A stretch of 64,000 nt of DNA. It comes from Bacteroidota bacterium (lineage in GTDB: Bacteria; Bacteroidota; Bacteroidia; Sphingobacteriales; Sphingobacteriaceae). Shown here piece by piece: positions 26,210-36,180 of this stretch. The DNA lies in the NCBI GenBank assembly GCA_040388055.1, contig JAZKCO010000001.1, forward strand, positions 160,711 through 224,710, read 5' to 3'. The notes beneath the pieces are model-generated. The model was given only the letters and a program-made list of their open reading frames with translations. It had not been told where the DNA came from and made no database searches. Numbering within the stretch: the first letter of the stretch is position 1; every line of letters begins with the position of its first letter. A program made the position numbers and the translations under genes.

Positions 26210-28162
26210 ATGCAAAAGGAACCCCGTCATACACATCAACATAGTTGCCACGACCACGATCATGATGGCATTTTTGGAAAAAATAGCGAACTTATTTTTA
26301 GTTTACTTTCTGGTGCTTTTTTAGCAATTGGTTTCGGGTTATCCTTTATTGAGGAAACCTCGAGATTAAGTTGGGCCTGTTATCTTATCGCCTATCTTTT
26401 TGGGGGCTTTTATACCACCAGGGAAGCTTACGAGAGTATTAATAAGGGTCATTTCGAGATCGACTTTTTAATGCTGGTCGCAGCTGCCGGGGCTGCAGCC
26501 TTAGGGCGATGGGCAGAGGGGGGCTTACTGTTATTCTTATTTAGCCTGGGGCATTCGTTAGAGCACTTTGCGATGAATAAGGCAAAGAAATCTATTTCGG
26601 CCTTAGCCGATCTGGCTCCCAAGACTGCTATTGTTCGAAGAAATAACGAGGAAATCGAAATAACGGTTGCAGAACTTGCAATTGGAGACCTCATTATTGT
26701 AAAGCCCAATAGTAAGATTCCGGCCGATGGGCTAGTTATTAAAGGCGAAAGTAGCGTAAACCAGGCACCAATAACCGGCGAAAGTATTCCAGTCGATAAA
26801 TGGCCTATTCGAAACGATAACCAAAGAGACGCCGCGCATCAGGTGTTTTCGGGAACTATTAATGGAAGTGGTGTGCTCGAGATTAGCGTAACCCGACTTA
26901 CTGCCGATTCGACTATAGCCCGGTTGGTAAAGTTGATAAATGATACTACTGCCCAAAAATCACCCACTCAGTTATTTACCGATCGGTTGCAAAAATATTA
27001 CGTGCCCGCAGTACTTGGCCTGGTGGTTTTATTACTTTTCGCTTTTCTGGTAATCGACGAGGCTTTTAGTCAGAGTTTTTATCGGGCAATGGCAGTTTTA
27101 GTTGCTGCAAGTCCATGTGCGCTGGCTATTTCGACTCCAAGTGCGGTATTAAGCGCGATTGCAAGAGCTGCAAAAGGCGGAGTTTTAATTAAAGGTGGCC
27201 GCCCACTAGAAGAACTAGGGAATTTAACAGCCATTGCCTTCGACAAAACAGGCACCTTAACCGAAGGTAAGCCCCAGCTAACTGGAGTGTTTGGCCTGGA
27301 AGGTGTTAGCGATAACGAAGTGTTGGAAATTGCGGTTGCAGTCGAAAAAATGAGCGATCATCTGTTGGCAGCAGCTATAGTAAAAGGGGGGTTAATGAAG
27401 TTGAAAAAGGACATCCCACCGGCAACAAATTTAAAAGCCATAAGCGGTCGTGGTGTACATGCTGAACTAAATGGCGAAAAGATAACCATCGGTAATAGCG
27501 CCCTGTTTAAAAACCTTAACGAAGAATTGGATAAACAAATAGTGCAATTAGAAAGAGAAGGAAATACCACCATGCTAGTGCAGCGCAAAGATCAAATTAT
27601 AGGCATTATTTGTTTAATGGATATTCCTAGACCAGAAGCTGCAAGAACCATAGCAAAGCTGAATGCATTGGGTATGCAGGAAATGGTAATGCTAACCGGC
27701 GATAACCAGCAAGTGGCCGATGCGGTAGCGAAACAAGTTGGGATAACCACCGCTTTAGGCAGCTTATTGCCAGAACAAAAGGTTAATGCTATCCAAGAAT
27801 TGATGCAGAAATCGCAAAAAGTAGCGATGGTAGGCGATGGCGTAAACGATGCTCCGGCAATGGCTGGAAGTACGGTGGGTATTGCTATGGGAGCGGCCAG
27901 CTCTAGTGTAGCGCTCGAAACAGCCGATATAGCCTTAATGGCCAATAATTTAAATCATTTACCCTTTGCAATAGGCTTAAGCAGGCAATCGAGCCGCATT
28001 ATTAAACAAAACCTGTGGATGAGTTTAGGGATGGTAGGGCTCTTAATTCCATTAACCATTTTAGGAATTTCGGGTATTGGCCCGGCTGTAATTGGGCACG
28101 AAGGATCGACTTTAATTGTTGTGTTTAATGGATTGAGATTATTGGCGTATCGAGAAGATTAA
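26210..28162 (+). CDS. Heavy-metal P1B-type ATPase, P1B-4 subclass (Co/Zn/Fe/Cd exporter)
   Basis: His-rich N-terminus, TGES, SPC in the TM helix, DKTGTLT, GDGVND, C-terminal HEGST. Confidence 0.95.
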   Translation: MQKEPRHTHQHSCHDHDHDGIFGKNSELIFSLLSGAFLAIGFGLSFIEETSRLSWACYLIAYLFGGFYTTREAYESINKGHFEIDFLMLVAAAGAAALGRWAEGGLLLFLFSLGHSLEHFAMNKAKKSISALADLAPKTAIVRRNNEEIEITVAELAIGDLIIVKPNSKIPADGLVIKGESSVNQAPITGESIPVDKWPIRNDNQRDAAHQVFSGTINGSGVLEISVTRLTADSTIARLVKLINDTTAQKSPTQLFTDRLQKYYVPAVLGLVVLLLFAFLVIDEAFSQSFYRAMAVLVAASPCALAISTPSAVLSAIARAAKGGVLIKGGRPLEELGNLTAIAFDKTGTLTEGKPQLTGVFGLEGVSDNEVLEIAVAVEKMSDHLLAAAIVKGGLMKLKKDIPPATNLKAISGRGVHAELNGEKITIGNSALFKNLNEELDKQIVQLEREGNTTMLVQRKDQIIGIICLMDIPRPEAARTIAKLNALGMQEMVMLTGDNQQVADAVAKQVGITTALGSLLPEQKVNAIQELMQKSQKVAMVGDGVNDAPAMAGSTVGIAMGAASSSVALETADIALMANNLNHLPFAIGLSRQSSRIIKQNLWMSLGMVGLLIPLTILGISGIGPAVIGHEGSTLIVVFNGLRLLAYRED

Positions 28163-28186
28163 ATCCAAAAGCCCAACGAGAAACAA

Positions 28187-28891
28187 TCAACTGTCTGCAA
28201 ACAACCGGCTAAAATGATTTTCTAAGTGATTACGCATCGCATTCCGGAAAAGCTCGGGCGAACCATTTTCCAGGATATCGACCAGGCCTTTATGTGAAAC
28301 GAATTTATGAATCTGTCCTTGCTTTTTTAAAAGGCCACTGTTGTGTACAAAATCGAAAATGGGCAAAAGCATGCCTTGGAACTTGCGCAACGTTTCATTT
28401 CCGGTAATATCATATAGTTTACCATGAAAGCCAATCTCGTGCTCGATATTAAATAAATAGTCCTGAGAAGACTCGGGCTCATTGTCTACTATTTCTTTGA
28501 GCATCTTAATATCTTCGGGTGTTACGCGTTGAAACAGTAAGTCGGCCATCCCAATTTCCAGTACTAATCTAATTTCGAAAATCTCTTTAAGGGTATCCTG
28601 GTCGAGGATATGAGGATTCATGCTCTTGTTTAAAATGCTGAAGATGTCTGGGCTTGTAATAACTGCCCCCTTTTTCTTTTTCGATTCGATGAGCCCCATT
28701 AGCCTTAACCGAAGCAATGCTTCTCTAACTACAGTTCGGCTCACGCCCAATATACTACTTAATTCGAGCTCGGTTGGGATGCTATCTCCAACTTTTAGCT
28801 TGCGTTCCTGAAGTAGTTGTACAAGATTGTCCTCAACCCGGTCGACTAACGAACTGGTATCTACTTGTTTAAAATTGGCAATGTCGTCCAT
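28187..28891 (-). CDS. GntR/FadR-family regulator, divergent from the sialic-acid PUL
   Basis: wHTH GDSIPTELEL...GVSRTVVREAL, FCD-type EIRLVLEIG and FH motif; ATG at 28891 (track start 28933). Confidence 0.92.
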   Translation of the reverse strand: MDDIANFKQVDTSSLVDRVEDNLVQLLQERKLKVGDSIPTELELSSILGVSRTVVREALLRLRLMGLIESKKKKGAVITSPDIFSILNKSMNPHILDQDTLKEIFEIRLVLEIGMADLLFQRVTPEDIKMLKEIVDNEPESSQDYLFNIEHEIGFHGKLYDITGNETLRKFQGMLLPIFDFVHNSGLLKKQGQIHKFVSHKGLVDILENGSPELFRNAMRNHLENHFSRLFADS

Positions 28892-29030
28892 TATTAGGTA
28901 TAATTTATTTGTGGCAAAAAAAAGTGCCCTCAAAGCGTTGGCGCAAATATAATACTTATGATATCAAATTTGTCTAAAATAAAATTTCAGAATTATTTGC
29001 AAATAAATAAAATAATTAAGTACTTAGTGG

Positions 29031-29049
29031 TATTATGTCTGACATAATA
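29031..29049. promoter_or_regulatory. Perfect palindrome TATTATGTC-T-GACATAATA, candidate GntR operator
   Basis: 9-1-9 inverted repeat ending 20 nt upstream of the susC ATG; the GTC-N-GAC core fits GntR/FadR-type operators. Confidence 0.75.
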
Positions 29050-29069
29050 ATCAAATTAAACCCTAAAGT

Positions 29070-32000
29070 ATGAAAAAATTTTACCAAACAAATGTTAGTA
29101 AACTGTTGCTAACAGTAGCTATGAGCTTCATCATGCTTATCGCTAATGCCCAAAGCAAAAATGTTACTGGGCGTGTAACCGACTCGTCGGGAGGTGGCGT
29201 GCCAAGTACAGGCATCATCATTAAAGGAACTAAAGTATCCGCTATCACAGATGCTTCAGGAAAGTATGTAATTCCGGCAAAAAGCGGAGATATCTTAGTT
29301 TTCTCTTTTATTGGTTACATTACACAAGAGGTTACTGTGGGTAACCAGCAAACGATTAATGTACTATTAAAAGAAGACAATACTGCGCTCGACGAAGTTG
29401 TTGTTTTAGGTTATGGTTCGATTAAGAAGTCGAAACTTACAGGCTCAGTATCCAAGCTGGATCCTAAGGTTTTAGAAACAGGTATACGATCTAATCCTGC
29501 ATCGGCCTTAGCCGGAACAATACCTGGGGTAAGAGTACAACAGACTTCTGGTCGCCCCGGCTCGGTACCCAATATTGTTTTGCGTGGGGGTACCAGTTAT
29601 GGCGGCGGTGGTTCACCATTGGTTGTGGTCGACGGTTTATTAAGATCGGGTTTTAGCGATATTAACCAGGACGACATAGAATCTATAGAAGTATTAAAAG
29701 ATGCATCGGCAACGGCTATTTATGGTGCCCGAGCAAGTAATGGAGTAGTTTTAATTACGACTAAAAGAGGTAAAGCTGGGGTATCTAATATCTCTCTTAA
29801 ATCGAAAGTAGGAATCAATAAATTAAATATCCCTTTCGAATTTTTTGGTGCGGAAGAATATCTTTACTGGTCTAGAAAGGCTATCGAAACTTCTGGGTTA
29901 TATGATGCCAGCCGCTTAAGTCAGTTAAATACTACAGGTCCATTTGGTACTGGAAACTTATATAAAGATACCAATGGTGTGCCTTACGATGGAAATGTAA
30001 ATGCCAGTGCCGTATGGAGTCCAATGTTTAGAAATTCGACTAATGAAGAATTGCTAACAAAAGGATGGAAATCTATGCTCGATCCAGTTAAAACCAATGC
30101 AGCTGGTGCTTACGATCCTAATGGAACTAATAAAGAAATTATCTATAAAAGTTTTAACTACCAGGATTATGCCCTTAGGCCCTATAGCTTAACTCAGGAT
30201 TATAACCTCAATGTAACTGGCGGGAATGAAAATGGCAAATATTATGCTGGTTTAGGTAGCTATGAAGAGAAAGGAATGCCAATTAATACCTTTTACAAGC
30301 GTTTAACCTTTGTTTTAAATGGCGATTACAAAGTAAAACCTTGGCTAACCTCTTCTTCGAGCTTAAACTTCGCTAATGCCAAGTGGCGGGATGCCGTTAC
30401 AAACAGTGAAGGAAATTACTTAACCCGTTCTTTGGGTGCGCCACCAACCATGCGCGGTACAAACGAAAAGGGAGATTTATTGGTAGGTAGAGATCTTGCA
30501 GATGGTAATCCAGCGGTAAATGATGATAAATTTCTGCGCGACAATAGTACCGATAAATTTACTTTGTCTCAGGCGTTTGTAATAGATTTCCTTAAAAATC
30601 TGAACTTAAAAGTAAGTGGTAACCTATTCTACGACGAAGGTTATTACGAGTCGTTTAATAAAGATTATTTATCGAGCCCTAATAATATTAATAGAACCCG
30701 TAGTTCAAGTGCTTCATCAGATAAAGACTTAAGTCAGACTTATAATGCGGTTTTAAATTATAATACTAATATCGCTTCAAAACACAGCATCAATGTAATG
30801 GTCGCTTCCGAATATTACGATATTTATCAAAAGGGGCTTTCGGCATCGGGTTCTGGTGCACCAACAGACGATTTTATGGATCTCCAATACACAAGTTCTG
30901 ATAAGGACAGAAGAAGCATTGACACCTATCACCAACGTCAACGTATTCTGTCGTTCTTTGGTCGTGCTACCTACGATTACGATGAAAAATACTTATTAAC
31001 AGCTACTTTCAGACGCGATGGTTATTCGAGATTGTTAAATAACCGCTGGGGTAATTTCCCAGGTATTTCGATAGGTTGGAATATTCATAACGAAGACTTC
31101 TTTAAACCATTTACTAATGTAGTTAATACCTTAAAATTAAGAGCTAGTTATGGTGCAAATGGTAACGTAGGGGGTGTAGGTGCCTATACTTTACAAGGTA
31201 ACTATAGTTCAAATAAATATAATGGCAGCATCGGCTATTTAGCGGGCAACCCTTATACACCTAACTTATTATGGGAAAGTTTAATTACAAAAGAAGTTGG
31301 CTTAGATGCCCGCTTGTTTAATAAATTGGATGTCTCATTAGCCTATTATTACAGAACAACAAGCGATAAAATTGCCTCCCTAACATTTCCTGTAACTGCA
31401 GGTATTTCTTCAATAAGTACTAACAATGGTAATATGCAGAATAAAGGGGTAGAGATAGATTTGAATTATAATGCTTTCAGAAATAAAGATTGGGCGGTAA
31501 ACATTAACTACAATATGGCCTATAATGCTAATAAAGTATTAAAATTACCATCTAATGGCCTTCTTAATAACAGACAAGGTGGCTTCCAGGTTTACGATCC
31601 GAACACAAAAGAACTGATTTGGGTAGGCGGAATACAGGAAGGACAAGATCCAAATGTGGCTTATGCTTACCAAGCTGATGGAATTATTAGAAATAAGGCC
31701 GACTTAGATTCTTATGCATTACAGTTAAGAGATTTATTGGGTGCTAAAACTTTAGTGCATCCCGATGTATATAATGCATTGCCAGCTTCGCAAAAAAACT
31801 TGTATTATCCAATCGCCCTTGGTGATGTGAAATGGAAAGATGTGAATGGAGATGGTATTATTAATAGTTTTGATAGAGTTTACCAAGGACGCACAATACC
31901 ACGTTTTACAGGTGGTTTTGGCGCCAATGTGAAATGGAAAGATTTCTCTTTAAGTACTCGTCTAGATTATGCACTTGGGTTTGTACAATATGATGGTGCA

Positions 32001-32390
32001 ACTGCCTGGTTTGTAAGTAATGCACAAGGAACATTTAATACCACTACTGCAATTCGCGATACCTGGTCGCCAACTAACCCAAATGCCAAATATCCAACCT
32101 ATTATTGGGCAGATCAATTATACAAAAATAATACCTTCCGCGAGTCGAGTATGTTTTATCAAAAAGGAGATTATCTGGCATTAAGAGAGGTTAATTTAAC
32201 CTATTCTTTGCCTGCTAAAATTGCCAGCAGACTAAAAAGCCAGGGGGTAAATTTATCGGTAAGCGGTCAGAACCTTACTTATTTCAGCAAATCTACTTTA
32301 TACTCTCCAGAGAGCGGAAGTACTCCAATAGGTGCTGGTGGTTATCCATTACCACGTACGATCATTTTTGGAGCTCAATTTATATTTTAA
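29070..32390 (+). CDS. susC: SusC/RagA TonB-dependent receptor, NanO-like
   Basis: Full-length SusC: EVVVLGYG, IESIEVLKDASATAIYGARASNGVVLITTKRG, terminal PRTIIFGAQFIF; paired with a NanU-like SusD in a nan cluster. Confidence 0.95.
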   Translation: MKKFYQTNVSKLLLTVAMSFIMLIANAQSKNVTGRVTDSSGGGVPSTGIIIKGTKVSAITDASGKYVIPAKSGDILVFSFIGYITQEVTVGNQQTINVLLKEDNTALDEVVVLGYGSIKKSKLTGSVSKLDPKVLETGIRSNPASALAGTIPGVRVQQTSGRPGSVPNIVLRGGTSYGGGGSPLVVVDGLLRSGFSDINQDDIESIEVLKDASATAIYGARASNGVVLITTKRGKAGVSNISLKSKVGINKLNIPFEFFGAEEYLYWSRKAIETSGLYDASRLSQLNTTGPFGTGNLYKDTNGVPYDGNVNASAVWSPMFRNSTNEELLTKGWKSMLDPVKTNAAGAYDPNGTNKEIIYKSFNYQDYALRPYSLTQDYNLNVTGGNENGKYYAGLGSYEEKGMPINTFYKRLTFVLNGDYKVKPWLTSSSSLNFANAKWRDAVTNSEGNYLTRSLGAPPTMRGTNEKGDLLVGRDLADGNPAVNDDKFLRDNSTDKFTLSQAFVIDFLKNLNLKVSGNLFYDEGYYESFNKDYLSSPNNINRTRSSSASSDKDLSQTYNAVLNYNTNIASKHSINVMVASEYYDIYQKGLSASGSGAPTDDFMDLQYTSSDKDRRSIDTYHQRQRILSFFGRATYDYDEKYLLTATFRRDGYSRLLNNRWGNFPGISIGWNIHNEDFFKPFTNVVNTLKLRASYGANGNVGGVGAYTLQGNYSSNKYNGSIGYLAGNPYTPNLLWESLITKEVGLDARLFNKLDVSLAYYYRTTSDKIASLTFPVTAGISSISTNNGNMQNKGVEIDLNYNAFRNKDWAVNINYNMAYNANKVLKLPSNGLLNNRQGGFQVYDPNTKELIWVGGIQEGQDPNVAYAYQADGIIRNKADLDSYALQLRDLLGAKTLVHPDVYNALPASQKNLYYPIALGDVKWKDVNGDGIINSFDRVYQGRTIPRFTGGFGANVKWKDFSLSTRLDYALGFVQYDGATAWFVSNAQGTFNTTTAIRDTWSPTNPNAKYPTYYWADQLYKNNTFRESSMFYQKGDYLALREVNLTYSLPAKIASRLKSQGVNLSVSGQNLTYFSKSTLYSPESGSTPIGAGGYPLPRTIIFGAQFIF

Positions 32391-32400
32391 GAAGACAGAC

Positions 32401-33975
32401 ATGAAAAAAATAATAATCGGCTTTGCCGCACTAGCATTAAGCGTAACGTTTACGGCTTGTAATAAATTACAATTAGCACCCGAAGACTATTTTGCGAGCG
32501 AAAGTTTTTGGAAAAATGCAGCTCAGGTAGATGGTGCAATGATTGGCATCCACAGCCAACTTAGAGGGAACCAGTTTTTGCTATTTTCTTTAGGAGAGCT
32601 AAGAGGGGGAACTTTAAAAACCGGGACAAGTTTTACAGGAACGGCTTCCTTAAACTCGGCTGGCTATATTAATCAGGATGTTAGAGAATCGAGCCCGGGC
32701 TTTAGTTCGTGGGGCGGTCTTTATAACACCTCTATATTCCAGGTTAACAATTTTATTTATCAGGTAGAAAAAGCAGACTATTTATCGGCTGCCGATAAAG
32801 GCTACTACCTAGGTCAGGCTTATGGTTTAAGAGCATATTATTACTTTTACCTTTACCGTACTTACGGAAGAGTACCATTAGCTAAAGAGCCTACCGTATT
32901 ACTTACCGATCCTAAATCGGCAAAAGATATGTACCTGCCAAGAGCCAAAACCGATAAAGAAACCTTAGACTTTATCAAATCTGATATCGATAAATCGGTA
33001 ACCAATTTTGGTGGAAATTATACGACTAAATTTCAAAAAGCACAGTGGTCATTAGCCGCCACTCAAATGCTAAAAGCCGAAGTTTATTTATGGTCGGCAA
33101 AAGTGAAAATTGATGGCGCCGCACCTACAACTACAGCTGCCGACTTAGGCGTTGCAAGAGCTGCCTTGGAAGATGTTATCCCGAAATATAGCTTGCAAGC
33201 TAATTTTGCAAATGTATTTAAATCGGCCAGTGTGCCAGCAAGCAAAGGCAATAGCGAAATTATCTTTGCATTAAGATACCAGCAGGGCGAGGCTACTAAC
33301 TCATTTAGCCAGTTCATTTATGCAATTACCGACCCGTTAAGTGGTTATGTTGATGATAAAGGTGTGGCCATTCCGGCCGACCCATTGCAAGTAAACGGTG
33401 GAGGTACCATTATCCGTTACGAGTATAAAATAGAGGCTTACGATCAATACGAAACGGCCGATACCCGGGCGAATGCTACTTTCTTAAATTTTAATAAAGG
33501 AACTATTCATGCCACCAACCTACGTAAATTTATGGGTACTGTTGTAGATGGAGCACGCAGCTTTTCAGACGACTATCCTATTTACCGTTTAGCCGATGCC
33601 TATTTATTATTGGCAGAGGTAAAAAACAAACAAGGTCAGGACCCAACTGCAGAAATTATGATGGTGCGTAACCGTGCCTATGCACCAAGTGCAGCCCCTC
33701 AATTTGTAAATGGAACTTTTGAAGCTAATGAACTAGCAATTTTTACCGAAAGAAGCAAAGAATTTGTTGCCGAAGGAAAACGCTGGTGGGATTTACGCCG
33801 TATGCAAGATGCCTCAGGAAATCCATTGGTATTTAGAAGAGATCTCCCTTTAGTAGGTGTTTTAGATAATGTTGCAGGTCAGAATCATAAAATTATCCTG
33901 CCAATAGATTTAAATACGCTTACACAAGACGAAAGTTTAGAAGGCGATCAAAATCCTGGTTACCCTGGTACTTAA
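32401..33975 (+). CDS. nanU: SusD-family lipoprotein, NanU-like sialic-acid binding protein
   Basis: The ATG at 32401 gives lipobox FTAC. LAPEDY...FW...IHSQLRG...LGELRGG resembles Bacteroides NanU as I recall it. Also YRLADAYLLLAE and EFVAEGKRWWDLRR. Confidence 0.8.
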   Translation: MKKIIIGFAALALSVTFTACNKLQLAPEDYFASESFWKNAAQVDGAMIGIHSQLRGNQFLLFSLGELRGGTLKTGTSFTGTASLNSAGYINQDVRESSPGFSSWGGLYNTSIFQVNNFIYQVEKADYLSAADKGYYLGQAYGLRAYYYFYLYRTYGRVPLAKEPTVLLTDPKSAKDMYLPRAKTDKETLDFIKSDIDKSVTNFGGNYTTKFQKAQWSLAATQMLKAEVYLWSAKVKIDGAAPTTTAADLGVARAALEDVIPKYSLQANFANVFKSASVPASKGNSEIIFALRYQQGEATNSFSQFIYAITDPLSGYVDDKGVAIPADPLQVNGGGTIIRYEYKIEAYDQYETADTRANATFLNFNKGTIHATNLRKFMGTVVDGARSFSDDYPIYRLADAYLLLAEVKNKQGQDPTAEIMMVRNRAYAPSAAPQFVNGTFEANELAIFTERSKEFVAEGKRWWDLRRMQDASGNPLVFRRDLPLVGVLDNVAGQNHKIILPIDLNTLTQDESLEGDQNPGYPGT

Positions 33976-33986
33976 TACCTTACTTA

Positions 33987-34030
33987 AAAAAGAGTGAGCA
34001 GTAGCATTTTACTGCTTGCTCTTTTATTTT
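33987..34030 (+). terminator. Intra-operon stem-loop / intrinsic terminator after susCD
   Basis: AAAAGAGTGAGCAGTA-gcattt-TACTGCTTGCTCTTTT with two G:U pairs, followed by a T-rich run. Confidence 0.7.
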
Positions 34031-34051
34031 TCTTATTATAAATTAGCGAAA

Positions 34052-34981
34052 ATGAATTTCGAACCAATCCAGGGGTTAATTTCTGCTCCCTTTACACCCA
34101 TGAACGAAAATGGTAATGTAAACTTAGCGATTATACCTACTTATTATCAATTTTTAAAGAGTAACAAAATTACAGGCGCATTTATTTGTGGTTCAACCGG
34201 CGAAGGCGTATCCATGTCTACGCCCGAGAAAAAAGCAGTGGCTAAGGCTTGGGCCGATTGTACCAAAGGCGACAATGATTTTAAAGTAATGTTGTTTTTG
34301 GGCGGTACCAGTATTACAGATTGTAAAGAATTAGCATTGTATGCTAAAGAAATAGGCATATATGCCGTCTCTTTTACTACCCCATTTTATTTTAAGCCTG
34401 CCAATGTTGAAATGTTAGCCAAATCTTGTGCAGAAATCGCTGCTGTAGTTCCGGATATGCCTTTTTATTATTACCATATTCCAGTATTAACAGGCGGTAA
34501 TTTTGCGATGTACGATTTATTGCAAGCTGTTGATGGTAAAATCCCAAATTTTGCAGGGATTAAATACACGCATGAAGATTTTATGGACTTCTTTACCTGC
34601 ATGAATTACCAAAATGGTAAATATGATATGCTTTGGGGTAGAGATGAGAATATACTTTCGGCCTTGGTGTTAGGTGCTAAAGGTTCTGTTGGAAGTACTT
34701 TTAACTATGCCGCTCCTTTATATTATGATTTAATTGATGCATTCGATCAGGGCAATTTAAAAAAGGCTCAAGAACTACAACAAAAAGCCATCGATATGAT
34801 CCGGTTGTTAGGTAAATACGGAGGCATTGCAACGGGTAAAGCTTATATGAAACTCGTTGGCATTAATTGTGGCGAGTTTAGACTCCCTGTAAAAAATATG
34901 AGCGCCGAGCAATTTGAATTATTTAAAAAAGATGTAATTGCCTTAAATTTTGATAATTTTAAATCTAATGCACTGGCATAG
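34052..34981 (+). CDS. nanA: N-acetylneuraminate lyase
   Basis: Canonical GSTGE, YYYHIP, GIKYT and GRDE motifs; nan cluster context; ATG at 34052. Confidence 0.9.
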   Translation: MNFEPIQGLISAPFTPMNENGNVNLAIIPTYYQFLKSNKITGAFICGSTGEGVSMSTPEKKAVAKAWADCTKGDNDFKVMLFLGGTSITDCKELALYAKEIGIYAVSFTTPFYFKPANVEMLAKSCAEIAAVVPDMPFYYYHIPVLTGGNFAMYDLLQAVDGKIPNFAGIKYTHEDFMDFFTCMNYQNGKYDMLWGRDENILSALVLGAKGSVGSTFNYAAPLYYDLIDAFDQGNLKKAQELQQKAIDMIRLLGKYGGIATGKAYMKLVGINCGEFRLPVKNMSAEQFELFKKDVIALNFDNFKSNALA

Positions 34982-35000
34982 GTTATTTATTAAAATTAGA

Positions 35001-36176
35001 ATGAACAAATCTCTTTTCTATCTCTTATTTTTTACTTCCTGCATGCTGATCACAGAAAATGTTTTTTCTCAAAAAAAAAGCATACCTCAATTAAAATGGA
35101 CTGCCATTGCTAAGCTTCCTAATGCCAAAGGTAGGCCTTCTTTAGGTTTTGCTGGTGCTATAAATGGATTTTCGAATCAGGCTTTAATCGTGGCTGGAGG
35201 AGCAAACTTTCCGGATAAAATGCCTTGGGAACAAGGCAAAAAGTACTATAGTAAAGAAATTCAGGTTTTGCAAAAACAAGGCGAGAGCTGGCAATGGGAT
35301 AAATCTTTTAAAGGCGAACTCCCCGAACCCATTGCTTATTGTGGAAATACAGTAACCCCCTTTGGAATAGTGTACGCTGGCGGGGAAAATGAAAACGGAT
35401 TGTCTGATAAAGCTTATCTCTTGAAATGGAATGCGAATACACATACAATTGAAATTAAATCGTTACCCAACTTGCCGCGTGCTGCTAGTAATATTACTTT
35501 AACTAATATTGGTAATGTGGTATATGCTGCTGGTGGCGATGATTCCAACAAATCGTCGAGTCAGTTTTTAAGTATTGATTTAGATCTGCCAGTATGGAAA
35601 TGGAAGGCCTTACCCAATTTGCCAATTGCTTTAGCGAATGCAGTAACCGTAGCGCAGCAAAATCATGTTTATGTAATTGGTGGAAGGAGTAAAAATAGAA
35701 ACGGGATTAGCGATTTACATCATAGCACTTTTGCATTCGATCTTAAACTTCATGTCTGGAAAACCTTAGCGCCTATTTCGGACGGTAAAAATACAACCAA
35801 CCTGTCGGCAGCAACAGGGGTTGCCATAGGCAAAAATTATATTTTAATTCCTGGAGGTGATAATGGGAAAGTGTTTCATCAGATCGAGGTTTATATGAGC
35901 CAGATTTTGGCTGCAAAAACCGATGCCGAAAAGGCAAGATTAACTGCCGAAAAGAATGAACTCGTTATACATCATGATGGTTTTTATAGAGGAGTGTTAT
36001 TGTATAATACTCTAACTAATCGCTGGCGTAAAGTAAATGAATTACCATTTTTAACCCCAGTAACAACAACCGCAACTAAGCATGGCAATTATATTATTTT
36101 ATCGAATGGCGAAGTAAAACCTGGAATAAGAACGCCTAATATTATGCTCGGCGATTTTAAATTCATTAAATTTTAA
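35001..36176 (+). CDS. nanM: Kelch-repeat N-acetylneuraminate mutarotase
   Basis: Signal peptide from the ATG at 35001; LIVAGGANFP, Kelch repeats, catalytic GEVKPGIR motif. Confidence 0.85.
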   Translation: MNKSLFYLLFFTSCMLITENVFSQKKSIPQLKWTAIAKLPNAKGRPSLGFAGAINGFSNQALIVAGGANFPDKMPWEQGKKYYSKEIQVLQKQGESWQWDKSFKGELPEPIAYCGNTVTPFGIVYAGGENENGLSDKAYLLKWNANTHTIEIKSLPNLPRAASNITLTNIGNVVYAAGGDDSNKSSSQFLSIDLDLPVWKWKALPNLPIALANAVTVAQQNHVYVIGGRSKNRNGISDLHHSTFAFDLKLHVWKTLAPISDGKNTTNLSAATGVAIGKNYILIPGGDNGKVFHQIEVYMSQILAAKTDAEKARLTAEKNELVIHHDGFYRGVLLYNTLTNRWRKVNELPFLTPVTTTATKHGNYIILSNGEVKPGIRTPNIMLGDFKFIKF

Positions 36177-36180
36177 GCTA

